Assembly (NCBI RefSeq): GCF_036971445.1
Contig: NC_091470.1
Coordinates: 139,934,001 to 139,998,000, forward strand
DNA from: Narcine bancroftii
Taxonomy: Eukaryota
Length of the DNA stretch: 64,000 nucleotides
Reading direction: 5' to 3'
Shown: positions 39,150 through 51,121 of the stretch, in pieces
How positions within the stretch are numbered: position 1 is the stretch's first letter
Layout: every line of letters begins with the position of its first letter
Made by a program: the position numbers and the translations under genes
Notes under the pieces: generated by a model
Database searches by the model: none
Told to the model about the DNA's origin: nothing
Seen by the model: the letters and a program-made list of their open reading frames with translations, nothing else

Positions 39150-40172
39150 GTGCATGACAAAAAAAACACTGATGGGAGGGGGGACCAGCTGAGGAGTCGA
39201 TCTCCACAGCTGAGAATGACAGCTACAACACAACAACAGGAAGAGAACATAGAAAACAACGAGAACAAGAAAGAAGAGAGTAAAACGAAAACAAGGAAAA
39301 AACAGATGACCAACCCAGAGGAAGAAGAAGAAGAAGAACATAGAGAAATAGAAGAAGAAGGGAAAGGCAAGACAATGGATATATATTTTTTTAAAGAATA
39401 TATGGAATCAGTAAAAGAATGGCAATCACAAGAATTTAGTGAAATAAAAAGAAGAATTAAAAGTACAGAAGAAAAAATGAATAGATTAGAGATGGTCATG
39501 TCAGATATAGGAAAAAGAGTGGACAAGGTGGAAGAACGAGAAACAGCCGTAGAAATGGAAGTAGAGGACTTAAAAAAGAAATTAGAAGAATCTAATAAAA
39601 AAGTTAAAGAGAAACAAGAGCTGTTAGCTCAGAAGATAGATATAATGGAAAATTATAATAGAAGAAATAATATAAAGATAGTGGCCCTTAAAGAAGATGA
39701 AGAAGGCAAGAATGTGAGAGAATTTATAAAAGATTGGATCCCCAGGGTCCTAGGAAGACCAGAATTACAGGAAGAAATGGAAATAGAAAGGGCACATAGA
39801 ACATTAGCCCCGAAACCACAGCCACAACAAAAACCAAGATCCATTTTAGTAAAATTCCTAAGATATACAACAAGAGAAAATATATTGGAGAAAGCAATGA
39901 AGAAAATAAGAGAAGACAAAAAGCCACTGGAATACAAAGGTCAAAACATTTTTTTCTATCTAGACATAAGTTTTGAACTCCTGAAGAAGGGAAAGGAGTT
40001 TAATACAGCAAAAGCGATCCTATGGAAAAAAGGATATAAATTTATGCTAAAGTACCCAGCAGTACTTAAAATAATTATTCCACGGCAGCAAAACAGACTA
40101 TTCTCGGATCCGGAGGAAGCACGAAAATTTGCAGAACAACTACAAAACAGACAGAGAGATGAAGACATGTAA
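39150..40172 (+). CDS. L1 ORF1p (coiled coil, RRM, CTD), open C-terminal 340-codon portion
   Basis: MENYNRRNNIKIV, EIERAHR, PRSILVKFLRY, KYPAVL. Confidence 0.8.
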   Translation: MHDKKNTDGRGDQLRSRSPQLRMTATTQQQEENIENNENKKEESKTKTRKKQMTNPEEEEEEEHREIEEEGKGKTMDIYFFKEYMESVKEWQSQEFSEIKRRIKSTEEKMNRLEMVMSDIGKRVDKVEERETAVEMEVEDLKKKLEESNKKVKEKQELLAQKIDIMENYNRRNNIKIVALKEDEEGKNVREFIKDWIPRVLGRPELQEEMEIERAHRTLAPKPQPQQKPRSILVKFLRYTTRENILEKAMKKIREDKKPLEYKGQNIFFYLDISFELLKKGKEFNTAKAILWKKGYKFMLKYPAVLKIIIPRQQNRLFSDPEEARKFAEQLQNRQRDEDM

Positions 40173-40542
40173 CGAGAGTAAAAATGACCACGAACTATAT
40201 GTATGTGTGTATATGGGTATATATATATATATGTGTGTGTGTGTGTATGTATATATGTGTGTACATGAGTGTATCCATGTTTAAAGGAAAATATAGAGAG
40301 TACAGATAAGAATTAATAAGGGAAAGAAAGGGAAGAGAGGAAGTAAGGAGGGAATTAAGAGAGTGACCTTTGTTATATATGAAAATTGAAATCTTTTCTG
40401 GGGGGCTGGGTGAGGAGGAGTTACGGTCACTGCGAAATCACTTGACGCTTGCGAGTGAATTCGCAAATCCAAATGGAGAGGGGAGATGTGGTTGCCCGAC
40501 AAGGGATAAAGGGCAACTCAGGAAGGGGAGAGGATAGTGGGG

Positions 40543-41206
40543 AACCTCACAAGATAAGCGTATACAGAGCCGTTGTCATACCCACACTCCTGTTCGGCTC
40601 CGAATCATGGGTCCTCTACCGGCATCACCTACGGCTCCGAGAATGCTTCCACCAGCGTTGTCTCCGCTCCATCCTCAACATTCATTGGAGCGCCTTCACC
40701 CCTAACATCGAAGTACTCGAGATGGCATAGGCCGGCAGCATCGAGTCCACGCTGCTGAAGATCCAGCTGCGCTGGGTGGGTCACGTCTCCAGAATGGAGG
40801 ACCATCGCCTTCCCAAGATCGTGTTATATGGCGAGCTCTCCACTGGCCACCGTGACAGAGGTGCACCAAAGAAAAGGTACAAGGACTGCCTAAAGAAATC
40901 TTTTGGTGCCTGCCACATTGACCACCGCCAGTGGGCTGATATCGCCTCAAACCGTGCAACTTGGTGCCTCACAGTTCGGTGGGCAGCAACCTCCTTTGAA
41001 GAAGACCGCAGAGCCCACCTCACTGACAAAAGGCAAAGGAGGAAAAACCCAACACCCAACCCCAACCTACCAATTTTCCCCTGCAACCGCTGCAACCGTG
41101 TCTGCCTGTCCCGCATCGGACTTGTCAGCCACAAACGAGCCTGCAGCTGACGTGGACATTTACCCCCTCCATAAACCATAGTCCGCAAAGCCAAGCCAAA
41201 GAAGAA
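40543..41206 (+). mobile_element. RTE-clade LINE 3' fragment (AviRTE-like) in the L1 inter-ORF spacer
   Basis: VYRAVVIPTLLFGSESW, GHVSRMEDHRLPKIVLYGEL, CNRCNRVCLSRIGLVSHKRAC; GAA-type tail. Confidence 0.9.
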
Positions 41207-44200
41207 GTGATAGGAGAATAAGGGAAATGTTTGATGTTTTAGAAATGTTGTCTTATAAAGTGTTCAAAACAAGAAAGCAGAAATGGATAAGAATGAAAGG
41301 TGATGATGAGGAAACGGAAAGGAAAGATAAACAAAGTATGAAATGGCTACATTGAACTATATGACTTTAAATATTAACGGAATACATATCCAAATCAAAA
41401 GGAAGTAACTGTTAAATTTACTGAAAATAGAAAAAATTGATATAGCATTCGTGCAAGAAACACATTTAACTGAAATGGAGCACAAGAAATTAAAGAGAGA
41501 TTGGGTAGGACATGTAACAGCAGCGTCATATAATTCAAAAGCTAGAGGAGTAGTATATTAATCAGTAAAAATGTACCAATTAAAATAGAAGAGGAAATAA
41601 TAGATCCAGCAGGGAGATATGTAATGATAAAATGTCAGATATATTCGGAGTTTTGGAATTTACTCAATGTATATTCACCTAACGAAGAAGATCAAAAATT
41701 TATGCAAGATATTTTTTTGAAGATAGCAGACACGCAAGGGAACATACTAATAGGATGGGATTTCAACCTTAATTTGGATTCAAACATGGATAAAACTGGG
41801 AAAAAAATTAACAGAAAGAACAAAGTAACCAAATTTATAATTAAATCGATGCAAGAAATGCAACTTTTGGATATATGGAGGAAACAACACCCAAAGGAAA
41901 AGGAATATTCATATTATTCGGGTAGACATAAAACATACTCAAGAATAGACCTATTCCTTTATCAGCTCGCCTGCAAGACAGAGTAAGAAAAACAGAATAT
42001 AAAGCTAGAATATTATCGGACCACTCACCCCTGATATTGACAATAGAGTTAGAGGATATCCCTCCAAGAATATATAGATGGAGATTAAACTCCATGCTAC
42101 TTTAAAGGCAGGATTTTAGAGAATTAATTGAAAGACAAATTAAAATGTACTTTGAAATAAATACGGAATCAGTGAAAGATAAGTTTATACTATAGGATGC
42201 AATGAAAGCGTTCATCAGAGGGCAAATAATAAGTTATGTAACCAAGATGAAGAAGTACTACAATCAGTAAACAGAGCAGTTGGAAAGGGAAATAGCAAAT
42301 ATAGAAAAAGAATTAGCAATGAAGGAAGACACAACTAAAAGAAGAGAATTGGCAGATAAAAAATTAAAATATGAAACACTACAAACATATAAGGTGGAGA
42401 AGATAATAATGAAGACAAAACAGAAATATTATGAAATAGGAGAAAAAACACACAAAATTCTAGCATGGCAGCTTAAAACAGAACAAGCTAAGAGAATGAT
42501 ATTGGCATCAAAGAAAAAAGACAAACAAATCACATGTAATCCAACGGAGATTATTGAAAACTTCAGAGAATTCTACAAACAATTATACCAAACTGAAAAT
42601 GAAGGGAAAGAAGACAAAATAGATGAATTTTTAACTAAAATTGAACTACCAAAATTACAAATAGAGGAACAAAATAAATTAACAGAACCATTTGAAATAG
42701 TAGAGATAATAAAAAAAACTACCAAATAATAAAACACCAGGAGAGGATGGATTCCCAATAGAATTCTATAAAACATTTAAAGATTTATTAATTCCTCCCC
42801 TCCTGGAAGTAATCAACCAGATTGATAAAACACAAAGCTTACCAGATTCATGCAAAACAGCAATAATTACAGTAATACCAAAGACAGGGAAAGATCCACT
42901 TGCACCAGCATCATATAGACCAATATCTTTACTTAACACAGATTATAAGATGATAGCTAAACTATTAGCAAACAGAGTAGCTGACTATGTACCAAAAATA
43001 GTTAATCTAGACCAAACTGGATTTATTAAAAAAAGACGAACAACAGACAATATTTGTAAATTTATTAACTTAATTCATGCAGTAGAAGGAAATAAAGTTC
43101 TAACAGTAGCGGTTGCTTTAGACGCAGAGAAGGCCTTTGACAGAGTAGAATGGAATTATTTATTCAAAGTACTACAAAAATTCAGTTTACCAGAGAAATA
43201 TATTAATTGGATTAAAGCATTATATAAGGGGCCATTGGCGAAAGTGACAGTAAATGGGTATATATCAAATAACTTAAGCAGATCAACAAGGCAGGGATGC
43301 CCACTATCGCCCTTATTGTTTGCGTTAGCTATAGAACCACTAGCAGAATTGATAAGAACAGAAAATAAAATAAAAGGGATAAAAATAAAAGACAAGGAAT
43401 ATAAAATCAGTTTATTTGCAGATGATGTTATAGTATACTTAACAGAACCAGAAATATCAATAAAAGAATTACATAAGAAATTGAAGGAATATGGAGAAGT
43501 GTCGGGTTACAAGATTAATGCAAATAAAAGTGAAGCAATGCCAATGAATAATGCGGATTTCTCAAAATTTAAGAAAGAATCACCATTCAGATGGCAAATG
43601 CAAGCAATGCGATACCTAGGTATACAAATGAATAAAAACCTCATCCATCTATATAAACTTAATTATTATACACTAATGAAAAAATTACAGGATGACTTAG
43701 AGCATTGGAAAGACTTACCACTAACACCAATAGGAAGGATAAACTGTATTAAAATGAACATTTTCCCAAGGATACAATACCTATTTCAGGCATTGCCAAT
43801 ACACTTGATGGAGAAATTCTTCAAGGAGTTAAAGAAAATAATAAGGAAATTTTTATGGAAAGGGGGAAACCGAGGATAGCACTAAATAAATTAACAGAAT
43901 GGTATAAACAAGGAGGCTTACAACTGCCAAACTTTAAAAATTATTATAGAGCCGCACAATTAAGATACCTATCAGATTTTTATCAAACAAGGGAAAAGCC
44001 AGATTGGACTAGATTAGAACTAGATAAAATAGGGGTGAAGATAACTGAACATATATTATATAAATGGGATGAAAAATTAGTACAACGTAGAAATTCTCCA
44101 ATATTACATCATCAGCTCAATATTTGGAAGAAGATTCATGTAGAAAGGAATAAAACAAATTACCAATTACCAAAACTAATATTGACGCAAAATCAGCTAA

Positions 44201-46185
44201 TCCCTTTTACAATAGATAACCTTTCCTTTAGAGAATGGGAGAAAAAAGGGATCAAAGGAATAGAAAATTGCTTTTCAGGAAATAAATTACTATCCTTTGA
44301 ACAAATGAAGGATAAATATAATATAACTCAAAATACAGTGTTGGCATACTACCAACTGAAATCCTACTTGAAGGACAAATTGGGAAGCAGTCTGAGGTTA
44401 CCAGAGGGAAGTAATTTTGAATATGTGATTACAGACACAATGATAATCAAAAAATTTATAACAAATATGTATATTAAACTGCAAGAAAAGGAGAATGAGG
44501 AAACAAATGGTAAAACTAAACAAAAATGGGAACAAGATTTAAACATAAAGATAAAGAAGGAAGCATGGGAGAAGTTATGCTCTGGAACTATGAGAAATAC
44601 AATAAATACGAGGTTACGTATGATACAATATAACTGGATACACAGGCTATATATTACACCTCAAAAGTTAAATAAATGGAACCCAACAGTATCTGACAGA
44701 TGTTTTTGCTGTAAAAACGAAATGGGAACAACAATTCATGCAATCTGGACATGTGAGAAAGTGAAAACATTTTGGGAAGATCTAAACCAGATATTAAATA
44801 AAATCATAAAAAGCAATATACCAAAAATCCCAGAGATCTTCCTCCTAAGTAATATAAAAAACAAAGAATTTGGACTTGATTTGGATGGTGCACAAAAAAG
44901 ATTTGTTAGGATAACCCTAACTGTTGCAAAAAAAATGTATTATGTCAGGCTAGAAATTAGAAGATAACTTGAGAATACAACAATGGTATATAGAAATGAA
45001 TAAATGTATTCCATTAGAAAAAATAACATATAATTTAAGAAATAATATTACAATATTTGAACAAATATGGGAGCCATACATGAAACACAATAGAGAAAAC
45101 CTACCGAGGACATCTACCACCTAAAATGACAGAAGGAGAAGGAAATGAAAAGAATTGACTCAGTGGAATTTCTTGTTTATTTTTTTTGAGTGACAACATT
45201 GTTTGACGGTTTTTATGTATCTTAGATTCTGTACTTTAAATGAATAGGAAGGGAGGTAGGGAGGGTGGGATGGGAAGAGGGGGCGGGGGAGAGAAAACTA
45301 CACTGTATATATTTGAAAACAAAAATGTATGTATCTTGATCAATGTGGTTTATAGTGTGAAAAATAAAAAATTTAAAAAAAAACTAAAATAGCAGTGGCT
45401 GCGATGGCTTGCACACATTCTGGCCAAGCACGACAAACAGGGTCTAAATCTTTTGACAGAAAAGCAACTATTTGTCTCCAGCCTGCCCTCTCTTGTGTTA
45501 GTACACAAAGGCCACACCTCCTTTCGCATTGGTATATAGGTCAAATGGCTTATTTAGGTCAGGTAAAGCCAACACTGGGGCACTAATAAGGCGCTGTTTC
45601 ACCAAGTTAAATTCTTTAATCTCTTCCTCTGTTCAGACAACAGCTTCGCCCCCTAGAATCGTGAGTTTATCATAGAGAAATCTGACCAGGCTAGAATAAT
45701 TTTCAATCCAGATTCTACAGTATCACACTAAACCAAGGAATTTCCTAAGTTCTTGGGAGGTGGGATCTGTAGAATACCACGTATCCTCTCTGGACTTATT
45801 TTCCTAGCTCCCTGACTCACCAGATGACCTAAGTATTTAACTTCTGATTGACCAAATTGTAATTTGGATTCGCTCACCCTGAGACCCTTATTCTCCAGAA
45901 AATTCAAAAGTTCAACAGTATACTGTTTAACTAATTCGTACATTTTTCCCATGATTAACAAATCATCAACATATTGTATCAACTGGCAATTCTCTCTCCA
46001 AGGAGCCTCGTCTAGTATTTGTTCTAAGACCTGGCCGAATACATTTGGTGATTCTGTAAAGCCCTGGGGAAGGACCATCCACCGGTATCGATTCTTGCGT
46101 CCAGTAAAAGGATTTTTCCATTCAAAGGCAAACATGTCTCTGCTCTCCGTTGCTAATGGACAGGTCCAAAAAGCATCTTTGAGCT

Positions 46186-46734
46186 TGTGAGAGATGAGTA
46201 AAACTGATGTAAAAATATGAAGATGAGGAAACTAGTATAGATATATGTGTAATGAATAAAGCCAGTATGAATAGGATAAGAATAGATATTAGAATGTAGG
46301 AAGTAAATTTAGTCTGAATAAGATAAGGTCTTCTAGCCCTAGACAGAATTAGCAAGTTCTGCATATGTAATTAGTAAGCCCCAGACAGTATTAGCAAGTT
46401 CTGCATATGAAGAGGTTGTAGCCCTGAGGGTTGGGAAGGTGTGAATTAGAACAAAGGCAGGTTTGTGAATAAAGGACAATAAGGATAATGACATGATGGG
46501 ACACCCACAGGATACACCCTGGTCCTCCAAGTTCACAGAAACAGCATGTAGGCAGACAGGATTGCCTATTGCCAAACTCATCGAGGAGGCAGAAGAATGT
46601 AAGGGGGAGTGTATTCCAATACTGAAATCAACTGTAAGGGGAAGCACCCAAATTTGCATTGTTGTATAATAAATGTCCTTTGTTCTCAATTTTTGTCTCA
46701 AGCAATTTTTGTGAAGGTACTTCTGTTTATAACA
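46186..46734 (+). mobile_element. Solo LTR of the same ERV family, inverted, inside RT
   Basis: Reverse-complement homolog of 35149-35662; TSD AGCT (46182-46185/46735-46738). Confidence 0.93.
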
Positions 46735-47489
46735 AGCTCAATCACACTAAACCATTTACTATGGGGATCGATTTTACCCATTATTGTATAGGGATTAGGT
46801 ACAACCGGGTGACGGTGAGAATAATTTTGTTCAGCTCCCTCAAGTCCTGCACTAATCGATAGGTACCGTCTGGTTTTTGGACAGGTAAAATTGGGGTATT
46901 AAAAGGTGATATACAAGGTTCGAGTATACCATCTTTCACCAACTGGTCAATTACTGGCTGCAGCCCCTTTCGGCCAGCCATAGGAATTGGGTATTGTTTT
47001 CGACTAATTACTTGCTCAGGATCTTTTAAAGTAACTTGTAGGGGAGGAATATCTAACACTCCTCTACTGCCTCTTTTTGCCCATACTCCAGGATTTATTA
47101 GTTCCCGATCTTCCTCGCTTAATACATACAATTGAACCCCGATACCCGATTCCTGTGGTCTGGTGCCGATAGCCAATTGGTCCTGTAAATCTCGTCCTAA
47201 CAAACAAACTCCAACTTGGGGAACAAGTAAAATATCCTCTGTTATTATCTTTTCTCCCATTTGTATTCTTACATCCCTTAATGCAGGGACTGTAAAGTCT
47301 CTTCCTCCTACTCCCGAAATCATCACTGTCCCCTCTATCTTAACACCCTCGGGTGGTTGTAAAATACTAGACCGGGCTGCCCCAGAATCTACTAAGAAGG
47401 TAATCTTGTCACTGTGGGGTCCTATGCTTAAATTTACCAATGGTTCTCCGTGCAGCCCCACGGTGTGTATTGACTGAGAACCGTGACCC

Positions 47490-49174
47490 CCATTCATAAT
47501 CTGCTTCCATCAGGGCGTAAGATCGCGTCTCCCTGGTTCGCATTGGGCATTCTCTCTTAAAATGTCCCTCCTTTTTACAATGGTAGCAAACTAATGCTCC
47601 TGTTTCCCAGTTCCTACCAGGGCCTCCACGGGGTCCCGGGAATGGTCGTCGTCCCTGGAATTCTCCTCTACCCCTGCCTCTGCTCTGGTCTCTACTTCCC
47701 CACTCCTGGCATTCCTCCCAACGTCCAGGAGCTGGCACACAGCCCCTACCCTTTCCTTGCTGTCCCTCCACGACTTCCTTGACTGCCTGCATCAAAATCT
47801 TAGCCTTTCCTTTCTGTTTATCCTCGGACCTCTGGACATATGCCCTTTGTGCGATCTGTAAAAGCTGTGTTATTCCCTGCTCATGCCAATTCTCAGTCTT
47901 CTGCAATTTCCTTCTAATGTCTGGGGCTGAGTTTGTAACGAAGCCCATTAATACCAATTGTTCACCCGCTGTGGATTCTATATCCAGACCCCCATATTGC
48001 TGTATGGCCATACGTAATCTATTCAGAAATGCAGAGGGGGTCTCCTTGGGACCTTGGGGAACCTCAAATGCTTTCTTAAAATTCTGTCCCTTTGGAACAG
48101 ATTCCTTGATTCCTTTTATCAGATTAACCCTATATTCCTCCATTAATGTGCGACCATCATTAGTATTCTTATCCCAATTTGGTTTTACCAGGGGGAATTT
48201 AAGTTCCCCAGGTGTCGCCTCTGGTCCCCCTTGGTGTTCCCTATCCCAGACTCTAATCCCTGCATGCCGAATCATTCCACGTTCATCCAAAGTGAACAGA
48301 GCCCTAAAGATCGATGTTAGCTCATCCCATGTATATATATTTGGTCCAAAAAATTGATCTAATTGTTCGGCACATCCCTGAGGATCCTCTATCAGGGAGG
48401 TAATTTCTCTCAAAGTTATGCACCTCCGTACTAGTCAGGGGCACATTTACGAAACCGAGACCCCCTCCCACGGGAACTTCCCATAAAGGTCTCATCTAGT
48501 TAATTTCTGGCTTATAATGTCTAGGTTCCTGCTCTCCGGGAAATGAATCAAAGGGTTCTGCCCTTTCCTCCCAGAGGGTCTCACACTGTTCTGAGTCTCC
48601 TCCCTCTCTTGTCAATAGAGGTGGTAATCTAGTACTTTGTGAACGGGTCATCATACTACACCTACTTTCTTTAGCTGTGGGGGAGGAGGGGAAGGTGAAG
48701 AAGAGTAGAGCATAGGAGAGAGGGGAAAGATAGGAGCCGGCATAGGAGGAACATAAGGTGGAGGAAGGGAATGTAACACATCCCATTCTTGTGTTTCAGG
48801 GACAAAAGGTTCCTCATCCTTCTTGTCCTTACATTCCTTTTCATTCAAAACCAGTTGATCAACCGATCCACTTAGCCAGCAGGCTGCATATTCTCTGCTC
48901 TCAATATTATCTCTTTGGTTTTGATAGAGCCAGATGTTTAATGCCTGACATAGCCAGTCCTCCTTGGATCTGAACTTTGGCCAATATACCGAATTCCCTT
49001 TTATCGGTCTTTTAACCCATTCCAGACAGCAATACCTGACCATGGTCTGTTTTCTTTCCCGCGGGTTCTCCCCGCACCCCAATCTGATAGCATTAATCCT
49101 ACCAGACTTTGCTTAGTTATCTGATCGACCCGTCCTTCCCTAGGACTATCTTCCATGCTACTCACACCTCCCAT
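47490..49174 (-). pseudogene. gag: ERV gag (MA-CA-NC, single CCHC), frameshifted
   Basis: MGGVSS myristoylation-type start; WPKFRSKEDWLCQ; PPPY late domain; QGPKETPSAFLNRL (major homology region); CYHCKKEGHFKREC. Confidence 0.92.
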
Positions 49175-49386
49175 ACTAACAGGTAAGTAAAATTCCTCTT
49201 ACCGGGATCCAGTAGCTATTCCTAGCGCGCTTCCTTAATGTCCTCCCGTCGTTTGTTCTCAATGCCTCTTCTCGAATATCACTCGCTTCATCCACTGACC
49301 AGTCACCCGCTGTCCGTGAGTCCAGCTGAATCAGCTGGGGTGCACCTAGCCTCATCGTCGGGCACTCTGTCAGTGGAGGGAGTGGG

Positions 49387-49404
49387 ATCCTGGACGAGAC
49401 CCCA
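49387..49404 (-). promoter_or_regulatory. Primer binding site, tRNA-Pro
   Basis: TGGGGTCTCGTCCAGGAT matches TGGGGGCTCGTCCGGGAT at 16/18, and lies 2 nt after the 5' LTR. Confidence 0.9.
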
Positions 49405-49406
49405 TT

Positions 49407-50249
49407 TGTGAGAAACAGAAGTACCTTGACAGAAATTGCTTGAGACAAAAATTGAGAACAAAGAACATCTATTATACAACAATGCAAAGTTGGGTGCTTT
49501 CCCCTTACCCTGGGAATACACACATACAGTGGGGCTCACCCAACTTTTATACAGTTTATTTTAGTATAGAAGTACCCTCCCCCTTACATTCTTCTGCCTC
49601 TTGGATGAGTTTGGCATTAGGCAATCCTGTCTGCCTACGTGCTGTTTCTGTGAACTTGGAGGACCAGGGGGTATCCTGTCTGTGTCCCATCATGTCATTG
49701 TCCTTATTCACACCTTCCCGACCCTCAGGGCTCACTAACTTCTTATATGCGGAACTTGCTGATTCAGTCTAAAAGGCTAGAAGACCCTTATCTTATTTAG
49801 ACTAACTTTACTTCCTACATTCTATTATCTATCCTTATCCTATTCATACTGGCTTTATTCTTTGGCTTGGCTTCGCGGACGAAGATTTATGGAGGGGGTA
49901 AAAGTCCACGTCAGCTGCAGGCTCGTTTGTGGCTGACAAGTCCGATGCGGGACAGGCAGACACGGTTGCAGCGGCTGCAGGGGAAAATTGGTTGGTTGGG
50001 GTTGGGTGTTGGGTTTTTCCTCCTTTGCCTTTTGTCAGTGAGGTGGGCTCTGCGGTCTTCTTCAAAGGAGGTTGCTGCCCGCCAAACTGTGAGGCGCCAA
50101 GATGCACGGTTTGAGGCGATATCAGCCCACTGGCGGTGGTTAATGTGGCAGGCACCAAGAGATTTCACTGGCTTTATTCATTACACATATATCCATACTA
50201 GTTTTCTTCATCTTTCATATTTTCATATTAGTTTTACTCATCTCTCACA
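49407..50249 (-). repeat. ERV 5' LTR with RTE insertion
   Basis: Homologous to the 3' LTR and adjacent to the PBS. Confidence 0.95.
49861..50166 (-). mobile_element. RTE (AviRTE-like) 3' fragment
   Basis: 13-bp TSD ACTGGCTTTATTC (49848-49860/50167-50179); near-identical to 40895-41200. Confidence 0.93.
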
Positions 50250-50569
50250 ACCCCAAGCCTATAGACGCCACCGACCACCACTCATTGATGCACTCCACGC
50301 CTGCAAAGGACGCCACCGGCTGCCACTCGCCTCAACCATCAGGGAGCAACGACTCTGACCCCGAGATGGTCCTAGCGACCACTGCATTAAAGAGAGACAT
50401 CCCACATGGCCTCAGGCACTCCATGGTAGACGTCGATATTAACGGCCAGGTAACAGAATGCCTGTTCACCAGTGGGAGCACCGAGAGCTTCATACACCTG
50501 GACGTGGCCTGAACTTTCAGACTTAAAATCTGCCCAATGAGCTTTGCTATCACTTTCACTGTTCAGGAC

Positions 50570-51121
50570 TGTAGGAGTTTAGAAACAGTTATTATTTTAA
50601 TTGAAGGAGTTTAGAAATGGATATTATTTTAATTGCAGGAGTTTAGAAACAGTTATTATTTTAATGTTAGGAGTTCTGAAACAGTTATAGCAGGTAGAAA
50701 GAAAAAGCAAGAAAAAAGCTAAAATGTTCTTTGTGTAAAATGGCACATGAAAAACAGCAGAACAGAGTAAACAAGATAACAGAGGAATTTAAGAAATATG
50801 CACGCACACACACAAAGAGCTTGTTTAATAGGGGGTGGGGAAAGGAGATATGAGTACGGGATAGGAGAAAGTCGGAGTCAGTCAAGATTCAGGCGAATAG
50901 GGAAAAGTGCCAAACCAATCCAAGAAGGATAAATGTAAGAAAAATGTGAGGGGAGGTGAATTTAAAAATGTATAAAAACAAAGAAGCTTCCCGCCCTCGG
51001 TGTACTTTCCCGAGGTAGGGGGAGAGTACCCAACCTTGCAATGTTGTAAATGTAAATAAATGTTCTTTGTTCTCAACTTTTGTCTCGAGCATATTTTGTG
51101 AACGTGAAGGCACTTCTCACA
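50570..51121 (+). mobile_element. Solo ERV LTR of a related family
   Basis: TG..CA ends; TSD GGAC (50566-50569/51122-51125); 3' part shares AATAAATGTTCTTTGTTCTCAA.TTTTGTCTCGAGCA with the ERV LTR. Confidence 0.88.

Larger units (their letters stand above)
38805..45381 (+). mobile_element. Full-length L1 LINE (ORF1 38938-40172 with one frameshift; ORF2 41343-45124 disrupted)
   Basis: 17-bp TSD AACTAAAATAGCAGTGG (38788-38804/45382-45398); same 5' end GAGGAGTCACGTGATG as the minus-strand copy; EN, RT and CCHC motifs. Confidence 0.97.
36840..47480 (-). pseudogene. pol: ERV pro-pol (PR, RT, RNase H, IN), interrupted by L1 and a solo LTR
   Basis: FLVDSGA; LPQGFTESP, YVDDLL; FIDGSS, YTDSKY; HQQTH..CPIC, QIDFTE, DSDRGTHF, GRVERMN. 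Confidence 0.95.
35149..50249 (-). mobile_element. Endogenous retrovirus provirus, class I (HERV-I/HERV-IP-like), defective
   Basis: LTRs at 35149-35662 and 49407-50249 (TG..CA); 4-bp TSD ACCC (35145-35148/50250-50253); PBS and PPT present; gag-pro-pol-env order. Confidence 0.95.
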
